Below are positions 1 through 10,138 of a DNA stretch of 53,544 nt, in pieces. Below the pieces are notes generated by a model. It did no database searches. It was not told the DNA's origin and was given only the letters and a program-made list of their open reading frames with translations. This DNA is from Planctomycetota bacterium. GTDB taxonomy: Bacteria > Planctomycetota > Planctomycetia > JALXBF01. The translations under genes were made by a program, and so were the position numbers. The first letter of the stretch is position 1, and each line of letters starts with the position of its first letter. The DNA lies in the NCBI GenBank assembly GCA_026991575.1, contig JALXBF010000114.1, positions 1 through 53,544 of the forward strand, read 5' to 3'.

Positions 1-2
1 CC

Positions 3-584
3 AAGCGGGCTCGGCGAACCGAAGCAGGCAGGATCGCGTTTGACTCCGCCACGTTGACGGCCATCCCTTACTACGCCTGGGCTCACCGCGACGTGGGTGA
101 GATGCTCGTCTGGCTGGCGTGCACGCCGGAGACGGTGCGGCCTAAGCCGGTGCCGACGCTGGCCAGCCGTAGCCGGCCCAGCGCATCGCATACCTGGGTA
201 AACGACACGGTCACGGCTTTAAACGACCAGCTCGAGCCCACCAGTTCCTCAGACCACAGCATCCCCCGCCATACCTGGTGGGACCACCGGGGAACGCGGG
301 AGTGGGTACAGTACGACTTCCCGGAGCCCACGGTGGTGCGCGAAGTGGCCGTGTACTGGTTCGACGACACCGGCATCGGACAATGCCGCGTGCCACTACG
401 GTGGGAGGTGCTCTACCGTGATGGCAACCGGTGGAAACCGGTTCGGAACCTGACGCCGTACACGACGGAGAAGGATCGCTACAACGTGGTTCGCTTTGAG
501 CCGGTGAAGACCGAAGCACTGCGGATCGTCGTCCAGCTCAGGCCGGGCTTTAGCGGCGGAATCCTTGAGTGGCGGGTCAAGTGA
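3..584 (+). CDS. C-terminal part of a GH127 (DUF1680, beta-L-arabinofuranosidase-like) glycoside hydrolase with F5/8 type C (discoidin) domain; 5' truncated by the window edge
   Basis: Frame is open from position 3. LTAIPYYAWAHR..GEMLVW is the typical GH127 C-terminal motif, followed by a discoidin-like domain (EWVQYDF...VAVYWFDD...GILEWRV). Confidence 0.8.
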   Translation, partial: KRARRTEAGRIAFDSATLTAIPYYAWAHRDVGEMLVWLACTPETVRPKPVPTLASRSRPSASHTWVNDTVTALNDQLEPTSSSDHSIPRHTWWDHRGTREWVQYDFPEPTVVREVAVYWFDDTGIGQCRVPLRWEVLYRDGNRWKPVRNLTPYTTEKDRYNVVRFEPVKTEALRIVVQLRPGFSGGILEWRVK

Positions 585-590
585 GCGATC

Positions 591-2375
591 ATGCCGGAGC
601 CGGCCGGGACGAGCAGTGAGACGACGTCGGGTGCCCGCCGCTACAGCAAGGCTCCGGCTGCAGCCTGGCTTGCTATTGCGGCAGCGGCCATGCTCACCCT
701 GCTTGCCCTGTGGCCGGCACCTGTGCTTGCGCTCGGAGGCGCTGTGGTGCCGGCCGGGTTCTGGATGCCGGAGCGTGTGGGCCGAGTCCGCATCGTCTTG
801 GCGGCATACGCCGCGGCGCTTGCTGTGGTTGGGCTCCTGCGGCTGCGTCTACCGCCGGCCCATCCGGCTGTCCGGCCTGCCGCTCATTTTCTCCAGCCGG
901 CGCGCGTGTGGGCCGTGGCCGGCCTGTTGGTCCTTGCTGCAGCAGCGGTCCGGGGACGCTACGTGAATGCCCCTCTCGACTACGACGAGGCGTACAGCTT
1001 TTTGCATTACGCCCGCGGTTCGCTGCTGGAAGCCCTGGCACGTTACGACTCCACCAACAACCACCTGCTCAACAGCATGTTCATGTGGCTTGGGCATCGG
1101 CTCTTCGGTCCGAGCGAGTGGGCACTGCGGCTGGCGGCGTTCTTGCCCGGCATCCTGCTGCCGGGGCTCATCTACCTGGCTGCCCACCGGCTGGGCCAGA
1201 CGGTCGGTGCCCTTGCGGCCGGCTTGATCGCGGTATGGTCGCCGGCGCTGGTCGAGTATGCCACGAATGGACGGGGGTACTCGTGGGCAGCGGCGGCCAC
1301 TGCGGCTGCTGTGATTGTCCTGGCGCGCAACGGGCTGGGGAGTCGTCGCGATCGACTGTTGCTTACCTCGGCCGCCGTCTCGGCGCTATGGGCCGTGCCG
1401 GTGTGCCTGCCACTGGTGTTCGGACTGGCCGTGTGGCTGGTGCTGGCACGATCGTCTGAGCCGCTCGCGCCGCGTTTGCGCGACGTGCTGAGCTGGCTGG
1501 TGGTCGCGGGCATGGTGGGCGCGGCCTTGTACGTGCCTGGGTACGTTGCCCTGGGCTTACACGCAGCACGCAACCCGTTCGTACAGCCGCTGGCCCCGTC
1601 GCTGTGGCTGGTTCGTTTCCCACTGGCGGTTGCCGAGGGGTTGGGAATCAGCCTGGTGGAGCTACCTATGGACGGCGTGGCGGCCAAGCTGCACGGGGGG
1701 GCCGTATCGGTGTGGCGGGACTGGATTGCACACGGGACGACCGTGACCGCTGCGATTGCCGCATACGTGCCGGTTGCCGCAGCGCCGTTGCTCGTGCGCG
1801 ACAGGCGGCGGTGGTTGCTGCCGGCGCTGTTGCTGGCGGGCTACCTGCTTTTGTTCGCAGCCGCTCGGCTGGCGCCCCCGCCGCGCGTGTTCGTGCCGAT
1901 GCTGCCATTGCAGCTGCTGCTTGTCGGTGCTGTGCTGGATGTGCTGCTGAAGCCTTTAGCAGACAGCCGAGCGTTTGTGGCCGGGCTCACGAGCGTCGTT
2001 CTCCTGGCCACGGCTGGCTTCTACGCCGCCCGGCCGTTGCCGTACCGGCCGAGCGTTCAGTGCTGGCGGTTGGATGTGCCTGAAGCCGTGGGCATCGTGA
2101 AGCAGCATGCACACGGGGCACCGTTCTGCGTGCTTGCGTCGCTGCCGGCCGACATGCCGCTGCGCTTCTACCTGGAGCGGTCCCGGCTCAACTGGCGCTG
2201 GGGGGCAGACCGGGACTGCGGGCAGTGCTTCCTGCTGTGGCTCGGGGCTACCGCCGTTGAACAGGATGCGGTGCGGCGCGATCCGGTGCTGCGCAGCCAC
2301 GCCGACGAGCTGGCGCGGCGGCGGCCGGTCATGCTGACCAAGCTACGCCGAGCGGTCCTTTACCGCATGGATTGA
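591..2375 (+). CDS. Polytopic membrane glycosyltransferase, GT-C fold (PMT/ArnT-like, GT39/83)
   Basis: 594 aa with many TM segments; DYDEAYS acidic motif after the N-terminal TMs, NNHLL and NGRGYS motifs typical of this family. Confidence 0.7.
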   Translation: MPEPAGTSSETTSGARRYSKAPAAAWLAIAAAAMLTLLALWPAPVLALGGAVVPAGFWMPERVGRVRIVLAAYAAALAVVGLLRLRLPPAHPAVRPAAHFLQPARVWAVAGLLVLAAAAVRGRYVNAPLDYDEAYSFLHYARGSLLEALARYDSTNNHLLNSMFMWLGHRLFGPSEWALRLAAFLPGILLPGLIYLAAHRLGQTVGALAAGLIAVWSPALVEYATNGRGYSWAAAATAAAVIVLARNGLGSRRDRLLLTSAAVSALWAVPVCLPLVFGLAVWLVLARSSEPLAPRLRDVLSWLVVAGMVGAALYVPGYVALGLHAARNPFVQPLAPSLWLVRFPLAVAEGLGISLVELPMDGVAAKLHGGAVSVWRDWIAHGTTVTAAIAAYVPVAAAPLLVRDRRRWLLPALLLAGYLLLFAAARLAPPPRVFVPMLPLQLLLVGAVLDVLLKPLADSRAFVAGLTSVVLLATAGFYAARPLPYRPSVQCWRLDVPEAVGIVKQHAHGAPFCVLASLPADMPLRFYLERSRLNWRWGADRDCGQCFLLWLGATAVEQDAVRRDPVLRSHADELARRRPVMLTKLRRAVLYRMD

Positions 2376-2396
2376 GCAGCGTGGAAGGGAAGCTAC

Positions 2397-3662
2397 TCAC
2401 TGCAGGGGCCGTGCCGCACGGGCAGCGTCGCGCCCCAGACGATCCATGAACCGGCACATGTCCCGATCGAGCTGTTCGATGTTTGTCCCGAAACAGAGCG
2501 CGAAGTCCCTGAGCCGTTCCTCTTCGGAGTAGCCCTGCAGCACCTTCCGCTCGACCATCTTCTTCAGGTACTTCTGAAACTGTCTCGGGCGTCTCTCGGC
2601 CAGGTAGTACGTCAGAGCCCACGCTTCAGAGTACGCCTGCAGCACGTTGGCACCCTCCTTGAACGGCTCATCACTTGCCAGCAGCAGGACGATCTGACCT
2701 TCGGTCCGGTCGGCCCGATGTTTCTGAAAGGTTTCCCACCGCCGGTAGTTGAACGCCGGCTGGCCTGTGCCGGTGCCGTTCGCAGCAATCGCCGGGGATT
2801 CAAAGTACATAGCCAGTCCTTCCAGCAGCCATTTGGGATAGGCTGCGTACCGCTTCAGGAAGCCGGTGTTGTACACAAGCTGATGGGTGGCTTCGTGGAA
2901 CAGGGTGCTCAGGTTGTGCCAGTCGTTTTCCGCTTTGAGGCTGAAAGCAACGCGGTTGGATTCCAGTGAGTAGTAGCCGGCAAACTCCGGTGCGATGTCC
3001 CGGATACCGTCCATGCGCGCGTAGGACTCGAAGTCTTCGCGCTTGTCGAAGAGCAGCAGGACCAGGGGGAAGGGGGGGCGAGCCAGCGGCAGCCCACGCC
3101 GACTCGCGAAACGGCAATACGCCGCGTAGTGACGCTTCAGCAGCCGGCAGAGCCGACGGGTCGAGTCTCGATCGGCCGTGCTCCCGACCAGCCACGGGCC
3201 GGTTTTTGTCCAGCGGAACCGCCAGGGTAGTTCACGTTGCAGCTGCTGGCGCACTTCGTCGGCCGACATCGGCTGAAACGGGGTGTTCAGCGTGTAGACA
3301 CCGTTTAGCTCCCGGGTGGGCACGATCGTCAGGCTGCCGTCACGCTCGAGCACGATCAGGTGGCCGCCAGCCAGGCCCCAGTCCAGACCGGTGAGTTTCA
3401 TCGATTCGGTGACGACGCGAACGTGCTGCAGGGAAGCCAGGAACCCAAGCGACGGTCGAGCGGACCGGCCTACCGGAGCTGCCGTCCGAACGGGCCGGGA
3501 GACGGTGGACGATTTCAGAACCCACCGTACGGTGCCGCTTCGGGGCGATGCAACGCGAGGTGCTTTTTCCCTGGGGTCGCGGGCATTGAGCGAGCGGGCC
3601 TGGCACAGAAGCGACAAGAAGGCAGTGGCGAGCGCTACGAGCCAGTAGCTACGTCTTGCCAT
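2397..3662 (-). CDS. DUF1570-type secreted zinc metallopeptidase-like protein
   Basis: ATG at 3662 gives a signal peptide (MARRSYWLVALATAFLSLL); HEATH (HExxH) plus WLLEGLAMYFE gluzincin motif; YSEAWALTYYL. Confidence 0.75.
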   Translation of the reverse strand: MARRSYWLVALATAFLSLLCQARSLNARDPREKAPRVASPRSGTVRWVLKSSTVSRPVRTAAPVGRSARPSLGFLASLQHVRVVTESMKLTGLDWGLAGGHLIVLERDGSLTIVPTRELNGVYTLNTPFQPMSADEVRQQLQRELPWRFRWTKTGPWLVGSTADRDSTRRLCRLLKRHYAAYCRFASRRGLPLARPPFPLVLLLFDKREDFESYARMDGIRDIAPEFAGYYSLESNRVAFSLKAENDWHNLSTLFHEATHQLVYNTGFLKRYAAYPKWLLEGLAMYFESPAIAANGTGTGQPAFNYRRWETFQKHRADRTEGQIVLLLASDEPFKEGANVLQAYSEAWALTYYLAERRPRQFQKYLKKMVERKVLQGYSEEERLRDFALCFGTNIEQLDRDMCRFMDRLGRDAARAARPLQ

Positions 3663-3762
3663 TTTTGCCCCCGTTGCTGGCGATCGGTGCAGCCGACGGT
3701 GCGATGTGCCTGCTACGGAAGCATAGCTCACGATCTGGCCGGCGTCGGTCACCGCAGGCCAC

Positions 3763-4476
3763 CTACCGGTGCCGGAGCAGCGTTCGGAAAGCCAGGGCAT
3801 CGTCCCACATGGAGACGTTGTTGAAGAAGCAGTATGTGGTGCGGGCACGGCAGAGCCGGAGCAACCGTTGCAGGTCGTCTGGCGTGTACCGATAGCGGTA
3901 GCCACCAATGCCGTGGAGGCGGAAGTAATTCAGCTTTCGATGCACCGGCGTTCGCTGGAACGGATCAACGACATGGATTAGTTGCAGTTCCCGGCAAAGC
4001 TGGCGGACCAGATCATCCGTCCACCCCTCACCACGCGGCTCCCAGCCGAAGAGCAACCCGCCGCGATCTAAGCGGCCAAAAAACTTCCTCAGGTTGGCGA
4101 TGTGTTCGTCGGTAGGCGTGAACCGGGCCGGACACTGGAAGAGCACGACGGTGGCCCGCAGGGTGGTGGCGGCCTGTTGGGTTCGATGCCATGCGTTCCA
4201 GACCACGGACGTGTCGCGGAAGAAGCCGGCCAGGGCCCGGTCTGCAGGCGGCAGCTTGGAACGGCGATACGTGGGGCTGTCCGGCGGGTGCGTGATGGCC
4301 TGGTAGGCTTTCACGGTGAACTCGAACGTTTCCGGTGCCTCGGCGCGCCAGCGGGCAAGCGTCTCTGGCTGCGGTGGTTCGTAGAAGGTTTGCTGTACCT
4401 CAACGGCGTCGAAGCTCTCGTAACAGCGGTGCCGCGCCTTTGGGAAGCCGCACGTGCCAACAACGATACGTGCCAT
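3763..4476 (-). CDS. DUF72 domain-containing protein
   Basis: VGTCGF, VEVQQTFY, FTVKA, LFQCP, WEPR and YFRLHG motifs of DUF72. Confidence 0.9.
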   Translation of the reverse strand: MARIVVGTCGFPKARHRCYESFDAVEVQQTFYEPPQPETLARWRAEAPETFEFTVKAYQAITHPPDSPTYRRSKLPPADRALAGFFRDTSVVWNAWHRTQQAATTLRATVVLFQCPARFTPTDEHIANLRKFFGRLDRGGLLFGWEPRGEGWTDDLVRQLCRELQLIHVVDPFQRTPVHRKLNYFRLHGIGGYRYRYTPDDLQRLLRLCRARTTYCFFNNVSMWDDALAFRTLLRHR

Positions 4477-4491
4477 AGCCCGTTGCCCTCA

Positions 4492-6201
4492 TCAGAAGGC
4501 CAACGCGCTGCCTTCGATCCGCCGGTCCGCCTCGCCGATGAACAGTCCACTGCTCGGATCGATCATGGCTGAGTGTGCATCGCCGATGCGGCGCACCGGC
4601 ACCAGGCGGTGGCCTCTGGCCTCCAGCGCCCGGCGTAGCTGTTCCAGTTGCTCCGCGCGCTCGTACAACACTCGGTCCGGCATCCATTGGTGGTGCACGC
4701 GGGGAGCATCGACGGCCGAGCGCAGCGACATGCCAAACTCTAGAACGCCGAGCGTGATCTGGAACGAAGTGTTGATGATGGTACGACCGCCGGGGGAGCC
4801 GGTCAGCAGGAACGGCTTGCGATCACGCAGCACAATCACCGGCGTCTGCGAGCTCAGCATCCGCTTGCCTGGCTGCAGCCGGTTGGCCGGCGTGCCGATG
4901 TTGCCTGAGCGATCCGTACGGCCCGGCGTCCAGTTGAAATCGGTCATCTCGTTGTTCAACAAGAACCCACCCCCTTTGACCACCACAAGCGAGCCGTAGC
5001 TGTCCTGGAGCGTGTACGTGTTGGAGACCGCAAACCCCGAACGATCGGCCACGACGAAGTGGGTCGTGCACTTCGATTCGCTTCCGGTAAGGATGTCGGC
5101 GCCGAGTTCGTCGGACGGCGTGGCGCGGTTGAGGTCGATCGTTGCAGAGAGCCGCTTGAGGTAGCCGGGGCTGAGCAGCCGGCGCACGGGCACATGGACA
5201 AAGTCGGCATCACCCAGATAGCGCGCTCGGTCCAGATAGGCACGCCGCATGGCCTCGATCATCACGTGCAACGTATTCGGGTGCCACCGCCCCCACTTGC
5301 GGAGCGCGTAGGGCTCTACGAGCTTCAGCATCTGGCCGAGCACGATGCCCCCCGAGCTGGGCGGCGGTGGTCCGTAGACTTCGTAGTCACGGTAGCGGAC
5401 CCGGATCGGAGGACGAATGTGGGCGCGATAGCCGGCCAGATCCTCAGCGGTGATCAGCCCGCCGCCTCGGGCCATCTCCTCCAAGATGAGCCGTGCGATT
5501 GGCCCGCGGTAGAAAGCGTCCGGGCCGTGCTCCGCCAGCAGGCGCAAAGTGTTGGCCAGATCGGGCAGCCGCAGCCGATCACCCGCTTGCCACGGCCGTC
5601 CGTCCGGCCTACCGTAGACCCGTTTCATCTCAGCAGACGCTTCCGGATGCTGGAGGATGGCGTTTAGTGACCGAGCAAGCGGGGCACGGACCTGGAACCC
5701 TTCTTCTGCCAACCGGATGGCCGGCTCAAGCAGGCGGGCCCATGGCAGGGAGCCGAAGCGGCGGTGCGCAAGTGCGAAGCCCCGCACCGTGCCGGGCACG
5801 CCCACCGACAGATGCCCTCGGCTCCGAGCCGTGAAACCTCTCATCCGCTCGTAACTGGCGGCCCGAGGCGCGGTCTCGCGATATTCGACCGTGTACACCT
5901 GGGCGGACTGCGGATCGTACACCATCATGAAACCGCCGCCGGCCAGGTTCCCCGCGGCTGGAAATGTCACCGCCAGGGCAAAGCCCACGGCGATGGCTGC
6001 ATCGACCGCGTTGCCGCCGGCTTTCAAAATCTCAATGCCGGCAGCGGTCGCTTCAGGGGACACAGAGACGACCACACCGTTCCGCCCGCGGGCCTGCAGC
6101 GCCTGGTGCGAGCGATCCCCCGGCTCTGCGCCGACACGGGCCGGGACCATGAACACGTCGAGCACCAGCACAGCCAGCAATGCGATTCCGAATCGATTCA
6201 T
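4492..6201 (-). CDS. ggt: Gamma-glutamyltransferase (exported)
   Basis: GGNAVDAA, GGGFM, DYRE-like YRETAP, PPPSSGG, autocleavage TTHF, LNNEMTDF, GSPGG. Start placed at ATG 6201, which gives a signal peptide. Confidence 0.95.
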   Translation of the reverse strand: MNRFGIALLAVLVLDVFMVPARVGAEPGDRSHQALQARGRNGVVVSVSPEATAAGIEILKAGGNAVDAAIAVGFALAVTFPAAGNLAGGGFMMVYDPQSAQVYTVEYRETAPRAASYERMRGFTARSRGHLSVGVPGTVRGFALAHRRFGSLPWARLLEPAIRLAEEGFQVRAPLARSLNAILQHPEASAEMKRVYGRPDGRPWQAGDRLRLPDLANTLRLLAEHGPDAFYRGPIARLILEEMARGGGLITAEDLAGYRAHIRPPIRVRYRDYEVYGPPPPSSGGIVLGQMLKLVEPYALRKWGRWHPNTLHVMIEAMRRAYLDRARYLGDADFVHVPVRRLLSPGYLKRLSATIDLNRATPSDELGADILTGSESKCTTHFVVADRSGFAVSNTYTLQDSYGSLVVVKGGGFLLNNEMTDFNWTPGRTDRSGNIGTPANRLQPGKRMLSSQTPVIVLRDRKPFLLTGSPGGRTIINTSFQITLGVLEFGMSLRSAVDAPRVHHQWMPDRVLYERAEQLEQLRRALEARGHRLVPVRRIGDAHSAMIDPSSGLFIGEADRRIEGSALAF

Positions 6202-6370
6202 CACGAATCTCCGTCGCAGGGCGCTACAGCCGTGATACGCTTTCCCGTGTGCTACGATTTCCCCCTGAAGTATTCGTGCCCCACTTCCCGACGACACATC
6301 GCTTTCACGCCGTTGCCTGATCCCTGCCGTAAGCCCCCCCCCGGCGAGGCATGTTGCTACCGGCGCGCCT

Positions 6371-7273
6371 TTAGGGTTGCCGGTTTAGTTCGCGCAGCTT
6401 CCGCGCCAGGGCGCGGACGTGCTCCGGGCCGGCGCCGCAGCATCCCCCCACAAAGCCGGCGCCCAGCGCCAGCCAGGTTCCCAGCTCGGCCGCGAACGCC
6501 TCGGGACCGATCGGATAGACAAGCCGCTTGCCGCTACGCCGTGGCAGTCCCGCATTCGGCTTGGCCCACCAGCGGCCCTGACCCAGCGGTTGCAGCTGGC
6601 GAAGCAACCGGGTCATCTCTGTTGGACCGACGCAGCAGTTCGCACCGGCGGCATACACCGGGTAACACAGCGCCGCTTCCAGCACGCGTTCTGCTCGCCA
6701 GTTGTCCAACGTCACGAAGCCGTCGCCCGTGCGGCGGAAGTAACAGCTCACGACCAGGGGGATGTCTGCTGGGATGAGCGGAGCGACCGCCTCGATGGCC
6801 GCGATCGTCTCCTGGGCGGTGGGCATGGTTTCCAGGACGATGGCGTCGCAGCCGGCATCCAGCAGAGCACGAGCTACTTCCCGGTACGCATCCGTGACGA
6901 CCGACCAGTCGGTCGAACCTGCCCGGTGAGCGTAATAGGCGATCGGCCCGATGCTACCAAGCACCCGAGCGCGTCGGTCGGCTGCATGGCGCGCCAGTTC
7001 TACGGCACGGCGCCACGTGGCGGGCAGTTGGCGTTCGTAGCCGAGTTCTCTAAAGCGGAACCGATTTGCCCCGAATGTATTGGTGGTGACGTACTCGGCT
7101 CCGGCCAACACGTAGGCTTCATGGAGTCGTAGGACCTCGGACGGAGCGTGCAGCGCGAGGAGCTCGGCTGCCGCTGGTGGTGTCGACGTCACTTGGTAGC
7201 GGGTCAGCAGGAGGCTCGAGACGCCGCCGTCGAGCAACTGGACCCGGTCGCAGCTGTTGCGGCGTTCGGTCAT
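6371..7273 (-). CDS. Stand-alone homocysteine S-methyltransferase family protein
   Basis: LLDGG, TTNTFGAN, GSIGP, ETM, GANC and GGCCG Zn-binding cysteines, PNAGLP. Confidence 0.9.
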   Translation of the reverse strand: MTERRNSCDRVQLLDGGVSSLLLTRYQVTSTPPAAAELLALHAPSEVLRLHEAYVLAGAEYVTTNTFGANRFRFRELGYERQLPATWRRAVELARHAADRRARVLGSIGPIAYYAHRAGSTDWSVVTDAYREVARALLDAGCDAIVLETMPTAQETIAAIEAVAPLIPADIPLVVSCYFRRTGDGFVTLDNWRAERVLEAALCYPVYAAGANCCVGPTEMTRLLRQLQPLGQGRWWAKPNAGLPRRSGKRLVYPIGPEAFAAELGTWLALGAGFVGGCCGAGPEHVRALARKLRELNRQP

Positions 7274-7427
7274 CGTCGCGGCCGATGGCGCTGTTCTGTG
7301 GCTAGCCGGCGGTGTGGTTGGTACGGTTTAAAGGTCGGATTCCTTCGGTTATAGTTCAATGGTTCGAAGGACGTCGTTCCGGACCGATGCACCGCAGAGA
7401 CCGCCGTAGGGCATTGGAGTAGTCTCC

Positions 7428-8519
7428 ATGACCACTCACCATGTCATCTTCTGGCTGCTTGCCCAGCAGGGTATGGGGTGGTCCACCCCGCTGATCGTTC
7501 TTGGCGTGCTCTTGGTCATCGTGGGTGTGTTCATCCTGGCCCTGGTGCTCAAGTTCCTGAATCTTTACATCCAGTCGCTGACGACGCGAGCCGGCATCGG
7601 CATGTTGGATCTCATCGGGATGTGGTTGCGGAAGGTGAATCCCCATGAGATCGTGCGTGCCAAGATCATGGCTGTCCAGGCGGGGGTGCCGGTGGAGACG
7701 CGTCAGCTGGAGGCGCATTACCTGGCCGGTGGCCGGCCGCTGATGGTGGTCCGGGCGCTGATTGCTGCTCATCGGGCAAGCATCCCGTTGACGTGGAACC
7801 GCGCGGCGGCCATCGACCTGGCGGGCCGCGACGTCCTGGAAGCGGTGCAAACTTCTGTGTATCCGAAGGTCATCGACTGCCCGGACCCGTCGAAGGGTAA
7901 GGCGATGCTGGAAGCGGTGGCCAAGAACGGCATTCAGTTGCGGGCCAAGGCGCGCGTGACGGTGCGGGCCAACCTGGACCGGCTCATCGGTGGCGCTACG
8001 GAGGAGACGATCATTGCGCGGGTTGGTGAGGGGGTGGTCAGCGCGATCGGCTCGGCTGAGACGCATTACGAGGTGTTGGAGAACCCGGACCGGATCTCCA
8101 AGGCGGTGCTGGCCAAAGGGCTGGATGCCCAGACCGCCTTCGAGATCGTGTCCATTGACATTGCTGACGTGGACGTGGGCGAGAACATCGGCGCACGCCT
8201 GCAGGCCGAGCAAGCGGAGGCGGACATGCGGACCGCCCGAGCACAGGCGGAGGCAGCGCGGGCAAGGGCGGTGGCACGCGAGCAGGAGATGAAGGCGCTG
8301 ATTGCGGAGAACCGGGCCAAGGTCGTGCTGGCTGAGGCTGAGATCCCGAAGGCAATCGCTGAAGCCCTTCGCGCCGGCCGACTCGGCGTGCTGGACTACT
8401 ACGCACTGCGCAACATCCAGGCCGACACGGCAATGCGGTCCGCGATCGCCGGCGGTCCGGCCGGGGGCACAGGAGCTGACAGCTCCCAGCCACTGACCGG
8501 CGACAGACAAGAGAGCTAG
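7428..8519 (+). CDS. floA: Flotillin-like protein FloA (YqfA/UPF0365)
   Basis: N-terminal [42 protein letters not shown] and NIQADT hallmarks. Confidence 0.95.
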   Translation: MTTHHVIFWLLAQQGMGWSTPLIVLGVLLVIVGVFILALVLKFLNLYIQSLTTRAGIGMLDLIGMWLRKVNPHEIVRAKIMAVQAGVPVETRQLEAHYLAGGRPLMVVRALIAAHRASIPLTWNRAAAIDLAGRDVLEAVQTSVYPKVIDCPDPSKGKAMLEAVAKNGIQLRAKARVTVRANLDRLIGGATEETIIARVGEGVVSAIGSAETHYEVLENPDRISKAVLAKGLDAQTAFEIVSIDIADVDVGENIGARLQAEQAEADMRTARAQAEAARARAVAREQEMKALIAENRAKVVLAEAEIPKAIAEALRAGRLGVLDYYALRNIQADTAMRSAIAGGPAGGTGADSSQPLTGDRQES

Positions 8520-8558
8520 CCGCAGCGACCGCCAAGCCTGCAACAAGGGAACGGACTT

Positions 8559-9236
8559 ATGGGCTGGGAATGGCTAATCGTCATGATCGTGATGGCGATC
8601 TTCGGGCTTCTGGGTCAGTGGCTGGAGGCCCAGAAGCGGGAGCAGGCTCGTGGTGGGCGGCAGCGGCGACGACCAGCTCCCCAGCCGGTTGACCGGCCCG
8701 AGTCGATCGATGATCTGCTGCGCGACATCCTTGCCAGAGAGGCTCCGCCGGCCAAGGAACCCGCTAAGCCATCCCCGCCAGCCGGCCGCCCTGTCCCGGG
8801 CACGCCGCAACCGCCCGGGACGCGGGCGCCACGGCGCCGCCGGCGGCCTACTGCCGCCCGACGGCCCAAGTCGGCACCGCCGCAAGCCAAGCCGGTGCCA
8901 ACGATGGCCGAAGTCAAAGAGGCCGTCCGTGTTGACACTGCGGAGCTTCTCGCCGGCTTCAGAGAGGCAGGCCAGAAGGATCTCAGCGGTGCGTTCCCGG
9001 CAGGGGAGGACCTGGGCCGGCGGAGGCCTGTGGTCTCTGGGGAGCTGCTCGCGGGCATTGCGCGGGACGTACGCCGGCAGTTATTCGCTCCGGACAAGCG
9101 GCCACTCATCCAGGCAATCGTGCTCTACGAACTGCTGAGACCACCCGTCTGCGTACGCGACCATGCCCTGCCGGCGCTTCGCCCTCTGCCCACGCCGTTG
9201 TTGCCGCCGCCTGCTGCGAGTGAGGGGTGGTTGTAG
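8559..9236 (+). CDS. Membrane-anchored Pro-rich hypothetical protein (YqfB-like partner downstream of floA)
   Basis: N-terminal hydrophobic helix, Pro/Arg-rich linker, C-terminal LIQAIVLYELLRPP motif; co-oriented 39 bp after floA. Confidence 0.65.
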   Translation: MGWEWLIVMIVMAIFGLLGQWLEAQKREQARGGRQRRRPAPQPVDRPESIDDLLRDILAREAPPAKEPAKPSPPAGRPVPGTPQPPGTRAPRRRRRPTAARRPKSAPPQAKPVPTMAEVKEAVRVDTAELLAGFREAGQKDLSGAFPAGEDLGRRRPVVSGELLAGIARDVRRQLFAPDKRPLIQAIVLYELLRPPVCVRDHALPALRPLPTPLLPPPAASEGWL

Positions 9237-9257
9237 TGGCGGCCGCTTCAGCCCGAG

Positions 9258-9935
9258 CTAGTCGCACTGGCATTCACCCCGCAGGCCTTCGAGCCCTTCG
9301 CGCACCAGCCAGGGCACCATCAGCAGGGCCGCCACCGGATCAGTCCACCACCAGCCAAACGCTGCGTTGCCTGCCAACCCAAGGAAAAGCGTCAGCGACA
9401 GATAGGCACATGCCAGCGTCTCTTTTGCTTCCGCACGCAGCGCCCGGCTGCCCAACTCGTCGGCACAGCGCAGCTTTGCCCATGCTACCAGCGGCATCAC
9501 AATCAGCGAGAACAGTGACAGAGCGATACCCAGCCAGGATTCTTCCGGGGCTTGGCCGCCCAGCAGCACGTAGAGCGACTGGACGGTGACGTAGGCTGCC
9601 AGTGCCAGGAAGGTTATGCCCACGATCCGGTGCACCCGACGTTCCAGTCGCTCGCTACTTGCCTCTAACTCAGGCCGCAACAAAGCCTTGATTCGGGGCA
9701 GCACGGCAAAGGCAGCCACCGCTTCGATCATGCTGTCCAGTCCAAAGCCCACCAGTACGATGCTGGCAGCGCGAATGCCGAGCCAGACGGCAAGCGCCGC
9801 CTCGGCCAGGTTGTACGCCAGCGTCACGGTGACAAGCCACCATGCTCGCCTGGCGTAGGTGACCGTTTTCGAGGAGGGCACGACGGCAGTAATGGCGCGA
9901 TCTCCGGTCTGTTCGGCACACGTTTGCCGTGCCAC
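9258..9935 (-). CDS. Cation diffusion facilitator-like transporter lacking the cytoplasmic C-terminal domain
   Basis: YNLAEA, FGLDSMIE, ALRAEAKETLAC, WWWTDPVAAL; about 6 TM helices; ends in CQCD. Confidence 0.85.
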   Translation of the reverse strand: MARQTCAEQTGDRAITAVVPSSKTVTYARRAWWLVTVTLAYNLAEAALAVWLGIRAASIVLVGFGLDSMIEAVAAFAVLPRIKALLRPELEASSERLERRVHRIVGITFLALAAYVTVQSLYVLLGGQAPEESWLGIALSLFSLIVMPLVAWAKLRCADELGSRALRAEAKETLACAYLSLTLFLGLAGNAAFGWWWTDPVAALLMVPWLVREGLEGLRGECQCD

Positions 9936-10138
9936 GGCGGTGGCCGTGGCCGCCTCTGGGCGAGCAAGGCTACTCGGTTCCGGTTGCCCCTGCGGTGCGC
10001 ATCTGCTCGGGCGGTGCGACGGTGTTATCTTACGTGGCGGGTATCGGTCCGTGCCGGCATCATAACGCCCGTCCGCGACCGACCACCGGCTCCAGCCGCT
10101 TAGAATGGAACAAACCGCTCAGGAGCTGGCCAAGCCAC

